A DNA stretch of 62,706 nucleotides, filler included, from Rhabdomonas costata (taxonomy: Eukaryota): the NCBI GenBank assembly GCA_019059605.1. It is 21 parts of 21 records of this genome, joined end to end, with 100 filler letters (N's around TTAATTAATTAA, not from the genome) between each part and the next. Parts side by side here need not be neighbours in the genome. Positions count along the whole stretch, not along the records: positions 24,023 to 26,908 come from JAHMHO010001812.1; positions 27,009 to 29,894 come from JAHMHO010001813.1; positions 29,995 to 32,880 come from JAHMHO010001814.1; positions 32,981 to 35,864 come from JAHMHO010001815.1; positions 35,965 to 38,844 come from JAHMHO010001816.1; 16 more parts are not named here. One strand, given 5' to 3'. Shown here in pieces: positions 24,194 to 36,577 of this stretch; within the stretch, counting starts at the first letter, position 1, and the number at the start of each line of letters is the position of its first letter. The notes beneath the pieces are model-generated. The model saw only the letters and a program-made list of their open reading frames with translations, had not been told where the DNA came from and searched no databases. A program made the position numbers and the translations under genes.

Positions 24194-26908
24194 CTTTGGG
24201 TTCCTCAACGACGCGGTAGACCTCGGCTTAACGTTGCTCATGGCGGTTTATCTGCCCTATCTTTGGCTATCTGCATGGGTGTTTCTGGATGCCTGTCGCC
24301 TTCCCTCGGTGTTTTGCGCCTCCTCCTTGTCTCCCACCTCTCTCCTGATTCAATTGCCTTGATTGGGATTTTCTTTAGGTTTTTTGGGATTGCACCCCAT
24401 GTGCGAGCAGGATCACTATCGGCGCATTCCTTCTTCTTGCTGTCCTTTTTTGCTGTCAGCTTCTGCATGGTTGCTTTGCTTGCTAAAAAATGACACCATG
24501 TGACTTTACGTAATCTCTTTTGAATGAATTGAGTTATTTTCCGCTGATTTTTCCATATTTTTCACAACCCATCGGACCAAATGCGGATGGTAGTTGGTTC
24601 CTAGCCTTTTCCTTCTTCGTTTCTGATGAAAGTCTCGTGGTGTGTAGGGCAGCGAGTTGCTTCAGATGGCTGTTTTTCTGGCCTTGGTGGAGGTCGCGGG
24701 AGCGGTTATTACCCTTCCGCTGAAGCTCTACAAGACCTTTGTGATCGAGGAGCGCTTCCATTTCAACAAGCACACCTGGAAGTCCTTCGCGGGTTTCTGA
24801 GTACCCCTGCTTTTCTCCTTTTTCGGCAACCTACCGTTTTCGCTTAGCTTACTGTCCCTGTCATTTTTTTCATTTTTCTTTTCATGTCATGTCAACTCCT
24901 TTGTAGCATGTGCACCCTCCAGTTCCCTTTTCATTCCGAGGAAGATCTTGGAGTTGGGGCATTCCTATTGCTGCGACCTCCTCCCTCTCAGGTGACAGTC
25001 TGAAGCAGCTTGGGGTGAGCATTGCTCTGCAGTGGGCTATGTTTGGCCCGATGGTGCTCGTGGTTCGCGCCGCGGGAGTTGGGGCGTGGGTCTACCTGTG
25101 GCTCTTCCTCTCCGTTTTTGTGCTGGTCTTCAACATGGCCTACCCTGTGTACATTGCCCCGATTTTCAACAAGTTCACCCCCTTGCAAGGTCCCTTGCAC
25201 CTGTGCTGACCTCCTTCACAGACTTCGCGTGCAGTCATCAGGGGTGCGAACCTCGGAAAAACCGCTCTGCTCTATCCACATCGTCCCACTTCAGCCGCAT
25301 CTATGTGGCCAAAGTTTTGCGCCCACACCTGTGTCTTGATGCCCTGCAGGGCGCAAGTGTATCCTCACTCTCACCACCCCCCCACGCAATGCGTTCTCCT
25401 TGTGGGGTGCTCACTGCTGTCTTTGGTCTTCTTCCCAGTTTTCCCTGAGCTAGATTCTTCATTCGAAAAAGTTTTCGCGTGAGACTTCTTTTGTTACTGC
25501 ATCCTGGTAATTTGGAGGCTGCTTTGGGGACCGTGTGCTTGCACCGATGTTCTGCGATGCGCTTCCAGATGGGGAGATCAAGGATGCGATTGACAGTCTG
25601 GTGGTACGCACGGGGTTGTCTTGCAAGCAGGTCTTCGAGGTGGACGGCTCGCGCCAGGTAACTTCTACCCACACGCGCACATGGATGGCTTGCACGCAAT
25701 GTAGCTTCTCATCAGGTTTACAGAGCCTGTTTGGTCCATTGTCTTGCGATGCATCCTTGAAGTTAACCATAACACAGCGTTAAGGTTGGCGTTTGTAAAG
25801 AGGCTAACGTATCGATACCGCTCCTCGCTGCCCTGCACGCACCGCGCGCCCGCGATTGTTTTTCTTTTGCTTTGCGCTGTTTTCTGATGTGCGTGTTGCC
25901 CCTAGAAAGATACTACTGTCCCGGATTCTACCGTGTTCTCTTGCGCTTTTCTACTCTCTCTTTTTGCCTCCTGTTTCTGCTGTGTGCGCCCGACCTTGAA
26001 CCTTGGAAAATGTCATGGTGCTGTTTCAAAACATATCAATTTATTCAGCCAATAGATTTGGGTCACCATATCGGTATCTCTGCCTCAGTCTGCCCACTCC
26101 AACGCGTACGTGAGCGGAATGTTCGGGTCCAAGCGCATTGTCATCTACGATACCCTGCTCAAGGATCTGGACCGGGAAGTGGACGCTATAATCCCAGGCA
26201 TTGTCCAGAAGAACCGCTTCTCTCCTTCTTTTTCTTTTACTCCTCTTCTGAGTTCCGTTATTATTTTGATCGCGTCGTTTAACAACTGCTTTCGAACAGT
26301 GCACTGGATCGGCCCCGACGTCCGATTTGACGTTATGTCACGGTAACTTCCAACCGCTGGCTATTTTGGTGTGAGTTATGATGGTTAGGCCGAAAAAATA
26401 CTGGTACTTGAGTACTTTTTGAAATTGTTTTGTTTTCTTACAACCCCCCCCCCCTGCAGCGTGCCTCGCTCACGCGCCTCTCCTTCCTCGTACGAATAAC
26501 CTTGCACAGTGGTCGCCCATGAGATCGGGCACTCCAAGCTGCACCACACCTGGGCGCTGCTGCTGTTCGCCCAGGCCAACTTCTTCGTGATGTTCATGAC
26601 CTTCGGGTGGCTCTCCTCCTCCGGGCCGCGCCTCCTGCTGCACTTTGGGTTTGAGTCCGCGCAGTACCCCTCGTGCTCCTTCCTGACGCTGTACCTCTTC
26701 ACTATGGTGTTCAGCGGGGCAGTGATGCCGCTGTTCGGGGCCCTGGCCCACGCCCTGACCCGCCGGTTGGAGTTTCAGGCCGACCGCTATGCGGTGGGGC
26801 TGGGGATGGATCTCAGGCAGCCCCTGCTGAGGATTGCCAAGAGCAATCTCGGGGACCTCAGCCCAGACTGGCTGCACTCCATGTGGCATCACACCCATCC
26901 CCCCGTGC
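24194..26908 (+). CDS. STE24: CAAX prenyl protease 1 (peptidase M48). Exons 24194-24278, 24648-24792, 24992-25189, 25569-25657, 26089-26197, 26510-contig end
   Basis: FVIEERFHFNK, IAPIFNKFTPL, VDGSRQSAHSNAY, KRIVIYDTL, AHEIGH (HExxH), EFQADRYA, HHTHPP. All junctions keep frame. Confidence 0.95.
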
Positions 26909-27567
26909 NNNNNNNNNNNNNNNNNNNNNNNNNNNNNNNNNNNNNNNNNNNNTTAATTAATTAANNNNNNNNNNNNNNNNNNNNNNNNNNNNNNNNNNNN
27001 NNNNNNNNGTGTTGGGTTGGGAAAAGGGCATAATGCATAATGACAGTCCACCTAGCTCCTCCAATCAACTCAATGACGTAAGAGATTCAGAACATGTGAA
27101 AGAAAGTAATGAGGACATGCGGTAAGGAGCAACGCACAGGTACGTTACCACTAACAGTACTCCGCAGACCGCGCACACTGTGCCCGCAGACGCTCCAACG
27201 TCTACTTTATTGCAGGTTTATAAGAAAGCAGATATCGCAAGACGGCGATGGTCATGATAACAACGCTCAGCGAATTATGAACGGGGAATGAGGAAATTTT
27301 GCAAGTTGTAAAATTTAACAGTTTTCCCCCTGGTATCGAAAATATGCCGAAAATATGCGAAAAATGGACAAATCGCCTAGACCTCTGGTCTCGCCAGACC
27401 AGAGGAAGACCAGGAACAGATCTAGTCAGTCTTCGCCCCCTGCGCGGCATTTGCTTCTTTTGGCGAAGAAAACACAGGAGTCAACACCAACACAGCGGTA
27501 ATCAATGTATAACACAAAACAGTTACAAAACGCAAGGGCTGCAACAGGTCGTCAGAGGGTGACCAAG

Positions 27568-28821
27568 TTATTTGTGAGCCAAGGCTTGCCGCACGCCTTT
27601 GCCAGGCTCCACACAAAGGGTCATACGGGCTAGAGCATCGGCACCAATGATGTTCTCCTCGGGGTCGTGGAAAACTTTTTCCAGTATGCAGTGCTCAACT
27701 TTCTTCCTTTTCGCGGCAGGGTCTGTAAATTCCAGCTGCACAACAACGGAAACAGAAACAGACAAACGGGAGGAGTAGACACCCCAGAGCAGAGCATAGA
27801 AAAAGCAAACAATGGAGGTACCTTGAGCACCATGCCTTTGGACTTTGGTAGGGCGTAGGCATATTCATCCACCACGCTACCATCGCCCAACTTAATCTTG
27901 TGCGCAGGCGACTGAGAGACAAGAAACGGAAAATCAGAGGAGAGGAACCGCCTGCGAATGAACAGCAAAGGCATTTGAAGAAAAGCAAAAAACAAAGCGC
28001 ATCGACTCATCGACCCACCCACACACCCAGAGAGAGAAAGGGAGGGAGGGAAACCACACAACCTTTTGTTTGTGTAAGCCAAGCTTCTTGGCAAACTTGG
28101 GCTGGAAGCAGATGGTGCCACTATAGCCATCGTCAACCAAACAATCTGGAATCTTGATTTTGAGGGTTTTGTCTCCGTCTCCGACAACCCTTTCGAGAGT
28201 GACTTGGGCACGAACCCTCTTGGAAGAAGGGGACTTCTGTCCAGCTATCAAGGTTCGGTCTACAAATACAATGCACATGCTTGAGAATAAAGCACAGCCT
28301 GATATTGCAATCACTGTAAAAGAAATTGGATGGAACGATTGAATTTTTCAACACAAACACTTGCAAATTTAAATGGAACATTTTCAACTTGTATTGTCAT
28401 TGTATTGCTGACAAGCGCGGATGGGATGACATGGTTCGAATAAAGAGAGGAGCACACCAGAAGCCTCTGCAGGGTGATCCGCGATCATTTTCCCGGGACG
28501 ACCTTTCACTTTACAAGCTTTGCAGTAGGTGCATAACACTCCATCTTTCGACTCTGAAAACGGAGCAAAATCAACGAGAGACTCGAAAACATAGAAATGT
28601 ATAAATTCTTATACGTTGTTATAGAAATTCTTTCCTGAAATACAGCAAACAAGTGGTCAGAGCTGAGAAACAGAAATCTCGGAGAGATTTTGCACTCACA
28701 GAAATGAAGGGGCAGTCGCAGACAAACCTTCGTAAAAGTGCTGTTTGTAGAGGAAGCTATCAGTGGAAGTGCATTTCTCCAGGAGCTGAAGCAGCTTGTC
28801 TTGAGTAAGACCACAGCTCAT
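27568..28821 (-). CDS. Complete 209-aa gene: Cys/His N-terminal module plus prokaryote-type clan AA aspartyl-protease-like domain. Exons 28821-28728, 28553-28458, 28244-28063, 27911-27822, 27735-27568
   Basis: Four GT-AG introns give 630 nt from ATG to TAA. VRAQVTL...CLVDDGYSGTICFQPKFAKKLGL...IKLGDGSV...IIGADALARMTLCVEP matches the single-domain retropepsin pattern. Confidence 0.75.
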
Positions 28822-29454
28822 TGTCGGGAGAGGATAAAAGAAAAGAGCAACAATCCTGGAAATAAATAGAGGGGCGGAATGGATCTTCACAGAGGCATGA
28901 AGGGAGTGGCCTGAACAGACACCAAGTCCGCCTCTGGAAACCTTCTCTGGGTTTCCTGGCACCGCCAATTCTTTATTTTTATCCTCAAAAGAGCGCATTT
29001 TCGGGTTCCCATCCTCTAAGGAATGCACGATGATATTTATTTGTGGCGGGTCAGCGAAATGGGCATTGTCCCTAATATAAGTACGGCATAAATTTAAAAC
29101 TGCGAGTTAAGCTAAAAAGACCGACAAAGTGTAACTACTAATGCGGGAAACACAAGGGTTTTCTATTAACTTGGGCAAAAGGGCAAGGCGAAAGGGAACG
29201 CGCTAATTTTGCGCACTATCAAATGGCAACAAGGGAACGGAGACAACTGGAAAAATTCGCGAGTTGTCCCCATGGTAACGAAGGCACCCACGAACGTGGC
29301 AAAATTTGCTTGATGAGGGACGGGTGAGACCATCGCAGACCATCACGCGACTGGTACAAACTCTTACTGAGACCTGCACCGACTCGGGAGAGTGGGAAAA
29401 TACCGCAAAACGAGAAATACGAGTAATACGAGTAATACGAGAACACACATGTAT

Positions 29455-29721
29455 GATTATATAGAATAATAATATTATATATAATTATATATCTATAATT
29501 AATATAGATATATCTATAATTAATATCATTAACATAATTAATTAATATACATTATTATATAATATATTATTATTATATAATTATTAATTATATATTATTA
29601 TTATATATAATAACAATATTAAACTGATTATTAATTAATTATTATTATATAATAATAATATGTATTATAATATATTATACTATATGTAATATGTAATATG
29701 TAATATGTAATATAATAATAT
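29455..29721. repeat. Extremely AT-rich low-complexity tract
   Basis: Almost only A/T, with ATT/TAA/TA units and terminal TAATATG repeats. Confidence 0.9.
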
Positions 29722-31122
29722 AGGAGCATGCGAGGTACCGAGCATGCGACATCTTCTTCTCTTTACTCTGTATCTGTGAATGCTACGTACCACCTTAGGG
29801 TGGGGAGTAGCATGAACCACCACATCTAGGGAGCATCGAGCGTAGCGAGATGCGACCAGCAAAGAACCCCACTTTACTTGTCGGCCCACACAAANNNNNN
29901 NNNNNNNNNNNNNNNNNNNNNNNNNNNNNNNNNNNNNNTTAATTAATTAANNNNNNNNNNNNNNNNNNNNNNNNNNNNNNNNNNNNNNNNNNNNGTGGTG
30001 GGTGTGTGTGGGTTTTTTTTGCAACATGATTCAATCTTTTGAGAGACTTGCAGCTCCCCCTCTTTACAGCGCTGCTGCTTGATAATTCCCCAATGATATA
30101 AAATTTCTTATACTGGTGCTATAAAACTTTTCCATGGTGTTGTTATAAAGTTTTTTCTTTTTTGCATTTAGGGATTTAGTAGCATCGCTATACAGTTCTT
30201 TCTCTTTCTTTGGTAGCACTCCTGAGATGAGTTGGTTGCTTCCCGCCCACCGTCCGCCCACCTGCATGCCGGTGTGCCAGCAACGATTTTACCGGGCTGA
30301 TATAAAAAGGACATAAAAAGGGCCGTTTAACGGACTTAACCCCACAGCTCTGGGCCAATGGCGAGTTTGTATTACAATACATGTACAGCACTGCCAAACG
30401 GATTTTTCTGATCCCTATGTCCGCCTGGAGGAAAGCAATACATTTAACCCTATGTTGCCAAAATAAATAAATGAACGTAGGCACCGCTCCGGCCGGAAAA
30501 TGCGCTCAGTACAAAACGTTTAGCATCGCCATACGTTTGGTGCTAAGCTTATTTGCATTAAACGCCCCCACCCGCAAAAAAAAAGCTCAACGAGGTAACA
30601 AATTGTTAATCAATTGTCTCACAGAGCTGATCCTTTTTGACTGAGCTGACCTGGCGCCTCAAAATCAATCGATTCCCACGAGCAACCAAATCGAGAGAGC
30701 AGGAGGAAAACCCAACAACTCAAAGGGTAAAAACCCTACGTTTTTCGCTCCTCCCCCGTCGGTAGCTTTTGTAACCGAGTGTACGACAGCAAAAGCCGCA
30801 GCGCATCATTCTTGAGGGAAAACAAGAATGCAAATTTGAGCTGAAAGGAGAAAAGGTGACCTGTCTCCTGAGAAGGGTCGCGAAAATGGCGTCATCTGGA
30901 TATCTGGGTGAAAAAATCGACCTCCAATTTTCGGCCAATTGCTCCTCTTTCAGTTCAATTTTGCCCCCTTTTGCCTTAAGAATTCATGGTGCATCAAGAC
31001 AAAAAAGTTTCGTACAGCATAAAATAGTATGTACCGTGGATGTCACCTCAGTTCACAGCCTAGCCCTTTCAGCGCGGGCTCACTGGGGACGCTGCGGTCG
31101 ACCACTCCGAGAGGGCGCAGGG

Positions 31123-31459
31123 ATGACTTTCCAGGCTGCATGGACCTATTCGGAGGTTTGGGAAGCGGTGCAGTCCAACCAAGTCCAACCAAGCTGTTCA
31201 ATCGCTTCGTCGCTCACTCCGTCAAGGCTGGCTCCGAGAAGCCCGGCACATTCCAGCGAGAGTGCTGGCAGCCGTGGTCAGTGGCGCTGCGGAGGCCCTC
31301 GCGGCCCAGTTGGCTCGGTACTTCGTTGAGGGCTCAGTTCGGGAGACACGCCGTGCTCTGGATGAAGCGGCCTTCGGCCCCCCATGGAAGAAGTTCGGTG
31401 AGGGCGTGTTAAAGCTGAGCTGGGATGCCCATGAGGTGCGCATCGTCGAGAAACCGTAC
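31123..31459 (+). pseudogene. Hypothetical coding exon apparently frameshifted by a 10-bp tandem duplication
   Basis: Removing one AGTCCAACCA copy (31172-31191) joins MTFQAAWTYSEVWEAVQSNQ to AVQSLRRSLRQGWLREARH...EVRIVEKPY. Confidence 0.4.
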
Positions 31460-33243
31460 GTACCGTAAGTAATCATCCCTTGAGACGTAATGATTGCAAT
31501 CTGGCCATCAATCCCCAGATTTCCGTGATTTCCACCCCCCCCCTCCGGCGGCGCCGCGAGCTGGCCTTATAGTGGTTTTGACCTCTCTATGATCAGTGAG
31601 GGTGGGCCAGGTGTCCCTGTTTCCAGGTTCATTGCCTTCATCTCTCTCCCTTCCATCTGTGCAGGCAATTGTTGGGCAGCAGCGTTTTCCGTTCACTCGG
31701 GGAACCTCAGGCTTCTCCACCATTGTAACAAAACATCTGTTCGACCTCTCCCGGGGAGACCACCTCATCGCCCTTGTGGAGACCCTTCTTCTGCAAGAGG
31801 TGGTTAGTCCCTCATTGCACCGAGGACAAACACTCAACCTCTCACTGCGGTACCTTAGCTGCATGGTTACCTAGCGGGGCTAACTCTTGCATCTGCTGTC
31901 CTTGGTGGCATCTACCGTAGTGGCTTTAGCATGGTTGGTGGCAATGACACGCAATGGTAGGGTTAGCCAGCACACTACTACACCACTGCAGGTGGGTAAC
32001 AGGTTCGAAGTGTCAGCATCGCCGTTGGAGTGTGAATCAGCATCGGCAGTGGCAGTGGCAGTGGTTCCACCGCCTACCTGGGGTTGCAGCAGCCACTACC
32101 AGCCTCGATGTGACTGGTGGTTCGGGCTGCTGGGGTGAGTTTTGGTGGTTATGCAGTGTTCTACGCGCAGAGTATTATGCTGCAGTGGTTATGCATAGTC
32201 ACCACTACCAGTAGCTAGCAGCCTCAACCGCTACAGTGGGTCTGATTGTACCACGCATCCCATCTTGTAGCGCAAGTTAACATGCTATGGCCGTCTGGGT
32301 GACTCGCGTTGGGAGTGGTCATCGGTGGCGTACCGTCGAAGTGTGTCTCACCCTAACGTCACGCTGGGCACCGAAGTCAACGCTTGGTCCAAACACACAC
32401 ATTGCGCAAAACAAAACATTCTGTGGAATTTATTGTGGTTGTGCACAAGATGACGAAGATGTCGATCGGAATTTTTTAAATGCGTGAGTTAAGTCCTAAC
32501 GTACAGCCGCGGCCGGAAATTGAGAGGCCGGCCCCAAAAATTAAGAAAATTAAACAGAAGGTAAAGTGGTTGTTCAATTCGACACATTTTTGGCGGAAGT
32601 CTCTTTATTTCGAGGCGCGGCTGAGGCGAGCATCCGTGTATTACCTTTCTTGTTTTAAATTAATGCAGTTTTGTATGAATGGTTTGATTTCCACCTGACA
32701 TTACTGAGTGTAATCATTTTTTTCGACCTCCACCCATCCGCTTTTGTTCCGCGGGCAAGTGGGTGTCGCCCTGAGGGCGACCCTGTTTTCTATTACTGTT
32801 GTGTTTTCCTCTTCCGACGTGTGCCTGCCGAGAAGCCCACCCCCGAGGGATAATGTCAGGTGGAAATCAAACCCACCACANNNNNNNNNNNNNNNNNNNN
32901 NNNNNNNNNNNNNNNNNNNNNNNNTTAATTAATTAANNNNNNNNNNNNNNNNNNNNNNNNNNNNNNNNNNNNNNNNNNNNGTTGTTGTGTTGCTTACGGC
33001 TCTGCCAAATTCGTTGACTCGCCATCTGACCCGGCCCCCATTCCTGGTTCTTACGCCTGGTGGTGGTTAAGTCGCGGATTTCTGAGAAACTCCTTATGAT
33101 GCTTTGTTTAGTTTATTCAGTCTGCTTGCGGTCTTTCAACGATTCTTGATGCTGGAAGTTAGCCCTTATCCAACCGAAAATATGCATATGTCAACCTGCT
33201 CAAGCAAGGCATGTGTGCTCCATTTCTCTTTTGTGCGCCTTAG

Positions 33244-34531
33244 CTATGAGCTTCTCAGCCACGCTGACGCAGCTCAACCAGCTGCTCTTCGGGCTGACCT
33301 ACCGCAACACCTTGCCCTGGTTCAACGACACCTTCCAGCTGAACTGGTTCAACGGCACTATTCCCACTGACCAGATCCGAATCTCTATCAACGACAACGG
33401 TGCCACGGGTGCCGGTGGCCCAAAGACCAGCATCTACTTCCTCAATGTGTGACTCTGTTGTGTCTCTACCACGCACGTGAGTTCTTTTTGTGCCCAGTCC
33501 AAATAGGGCTTCATAAAGAACTTCTTTACTTCATTCCTCGGGCAGATTTTTCATTTTATTTCCAGTTTTGACTCTTATTCGCAAATGCTTCATTGGTTTT
33601 TGGCGTCAAATTTGTTCAGGTTTCGTTCTCTTCGGCCGCAGTTTTTTTGTGGCATTACTCGTGCGCAGGTCACTGCCTACGCCACCGTCTTCCCCACCTG
33701 CCAGCTCTTCCTGAATGCTCACCCTCAGTACTGCGGGTGCTACTTCGTCACCGCAGCGGCGAACAGTTCAGGTCTGGCTCAGGGGGCTCATTCTTGTTCG
33801 ACCAACCTTCGGCCCACGACCAACCGTATCGATCTTTGCGTGAGAGCTGGTGGTTATGTCAGGCGTTGTGCAAGCTTCTTCCATTTTTCTCTCCGCTCTC
33901 TGCGTTGTCCGGTGTGTCGGGTCATCGACTCGCGTACTGTAAATTCAGGGTGGGGAAGCCGAGTACGAATCTCAATAAAGAACGCTCAATAAATTTCAAG
34001 TACAATGTTTCGGCAGCGCTGATTTTCTTTTTTGCTTTTGCTTTTGGGGCGTGTACGCAGCCATCCGGACAAATTTTTTTTTGGGGGGGGTCATACTCTT
34101 TTTGCAAAACGTTGAAGCAGAGTGACCACCGTTCGGATGAAAAAGGCAAAAGTATTGCCCTACACGTGTGAGCACCAAGGGCAGAGAAGAACTGGCTTGG
34201 CGTCGGGGCCGGACACACGTGCTGAGTGTGCATGTGTGTGGTTGGCTGTTTCGGGTGCTGCCGTTGTTGCAAACGCTCCCTGTGTCGTTCTTTTCGGACG
34301 GGCAAGCCCGCCGGGTATGCGCTTGTGTTGCCTGTAGCTGCTACTCCGTCGTGGGTGACCCTACCCACGGGGGTTTCCTCGGGGCTGATGCTGGCGGAGA
34401 CTGCCCCGCAGGCCTTCACCCAGGGCTGCTGCAGCTTCTTCACCCTGGGCGAAAGGGCGGCGGTGTTTGGGCCGGCGGGGCAGTTCGGGCTGTGCCGCCC
34501 CACAGACGTCGCCGTGGAGCTCTTCCCATGA
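33244..34531 (+). CDS. 3' end of a protein with a cadherin/Ig-like adhesin domain and Cys-rich tail. Exons 33244-33446, 33669-33771, 34338-34531
   Basis: MSFSATLTQLNQLLFGLTY...DQIRISINDNGATGAGGPKT...|VT. GT-AG introns in phases 0 and 1, TGA at 34529-34531. Confidence 0.7.
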
Positions 34532-36436
34532 TCCCCCAGCCTCTCACCACCACAGGAGATCGGTCGTAAATCCGAAGGAAAGGTTGGCGGACCCTACCTC
34601 CCCCTCCCCTCCATTTCCGCACTGCCCGGCGCAGCAGCAAAAAAGGATCAGAGGGAGGGATTCAAGTAAAAATTGCGACAGCACTAATGCACCCTCACCT
34701 CTGTGCCTGCTCTGATCCTGGGCCACCCTGGGAACCTGTCCCAGTCGTGAGCAGATTACACAGTCCAAGTGCTCTGTCCAGGTTACGAGTAAGCAGAAAG
34801 GAGGATTGTTGCAGACCAACGACATATGATGTAGCATTTACGGTGAGATGGTTGCATTCGAAAGGCATACGACGCATACCCCCCCCCAGGTGTTTTGCAG
34901 TGTGGTCTCGTGGTTGCTATGTTTTTGTTTCCTTACTGAGATAAATGAGCAACAAAAAAGGAAGAGAATACAACAAGATGCAGTATTTGCTGGGGACCCG
35001 CCGCCGTCGCAATATTCCGAACAAGTCCGATAACCCTACTCTGTGTGACCTTATTCCAAGAATGCGAAAATCAAGTGGAATAACAGAAAATTCGTCGTTA
35101 TACATAAATTAAGAGATATTTATTATTATTACAAAGTTTAAGCAAAAATGAAAATTATAAAAAGAATAGTGAGAAATTAGGCTACTTGTTGTTGGACCAT
35201 GGGACAGGCGGTGCCACCAGAGTGCAAATTTAGTGCAACCCCCATCCTGTATTGCTTGCAAACGCGACCTCGGCCTGATTTAATTCGTGTGCATACCCAT
35301 GTGCGCGTGTTGCGTGCGTGTCTTGATGTGCGCTGTATGCAATACGCTGGTATGCGCTGTATTCTTCTCAGGCTGCTCGTTGTCCTGCCCTGATTTTCGA
35401 ACCAAAGCATGCTGCCCTCGAGTGATCGTTTGCCGATTTTTGCCAGACTGAATGTGCACATGTACGCTGTGTATGACTGCTTGTTTCTCCCACCTGCAAC
35501 GACTTCTGGGAGGTGAGTGTGGCAAAATGTGACATGTGCGTTTCATTCAGCCATCCGATCAAGTCTCGTCCGCATAACATTTTGCCGCGGTTATCTTTCG
35601 GTCAGAAAGGATAAGTCAAGAGGGGAATGCTATTTGTGAAATTGAAACTGGTCACTTGCTTGCTTGTTGATGCGCATTACCTCGGAATTTTTCAATTTCA
35701 TTCCTTTTGCTTGGTGCGCTGTGCGTCCCATTGTTTGGACCATTGTTTGGATCGAGCTAGATTGATCTCTCTCAAGCTCAAACGGCAGAACGAAAAAAGC
35801 GCCAGCAAAAGGTGATACCGAAAGACGGATGTAACCGCTACCGAACAAGCGGGCACCCCGAACANNNNNNNNNNNNNNNNNNNNNNNNNNNNNNNNNNNN
35901 NNNNNNNNTTAATTAATTAANNNNNNNNNNNNNNNNNNNNNNNNNNNNNNNNNNNNNNNNNNNNTTGTTTTCTGAGGTAGATTGAACCCCCACCCCTTGC
36001 CACCCAAGCACACTTTTGCGGAGTGCGACGGAGTGTCCTTAATGTTGATGTGTGTATGTGTGTGGTTGACTCCCAGTGTTTCGGAGATAGACCTTTCTCA
36101 GATTAAGTCTTAAGTCTCGCGACTGCTCGAGACTCCGTCATCTCCAGGCAACTTATGTCGCCAACCAGGTTCCACAGGGGAAGTCCTGGCTGGGTTGGGG
36201 CCAATGTTGCCTTCATCCTGACGCGTAATCGAGACCAGCGTGTTAGACCATGATATGGATTCGAGCCGACCTCGGTGCCTGACAGTAACCGTATCCTTGT
36301 TCTCCCTTCACACCCACCTCAGTGTGGTTGACTCCCAGGTGCCATCGCTGTTAGTAGTGAGCTCCATGGTTTGGGTTGTTAACATTGCCAGCGAGTTGGA
36401 AGAAGTCGTCGAATCGTTTTTTGCCCGTTTTCGCAG

Positions 36437-36577
36437 GGGGTCACCGCTGGCTTGGGGCGGTTCGGGGATCGCTACTTTGGCACCGACGCCACCCCCGATT
36501 CGGACATTGGAGCGTGCCTTAGTGGCTTCCTGACCCCGCTGGCCGTCCGCCGCGTGCAGTCCATGCTCCTTGCAAGG
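36437..36577 (+). CDS. Isolated putative exon, hypothetical protein
   Basis: tttcgcag|GGG...AGG|gtaatc, GC3-rich open frame GVTAGLGRFGDRYFG...SMLLAR. Confidence 0.4.

Noticed and set aside
30188-30560. Segment that looked compositionally bacterial
   Set aside because: No convincing ORF or motif in any frame I translated.
36060-36338. 17-bp direct repeat GTGTGGTTGACTCCCAG, about 260 bp apart
   Set aside because: Only two copies, near a contig start and after a GT-rich stretch. Not a CRISPR or LTR, possibly a priming artefact.
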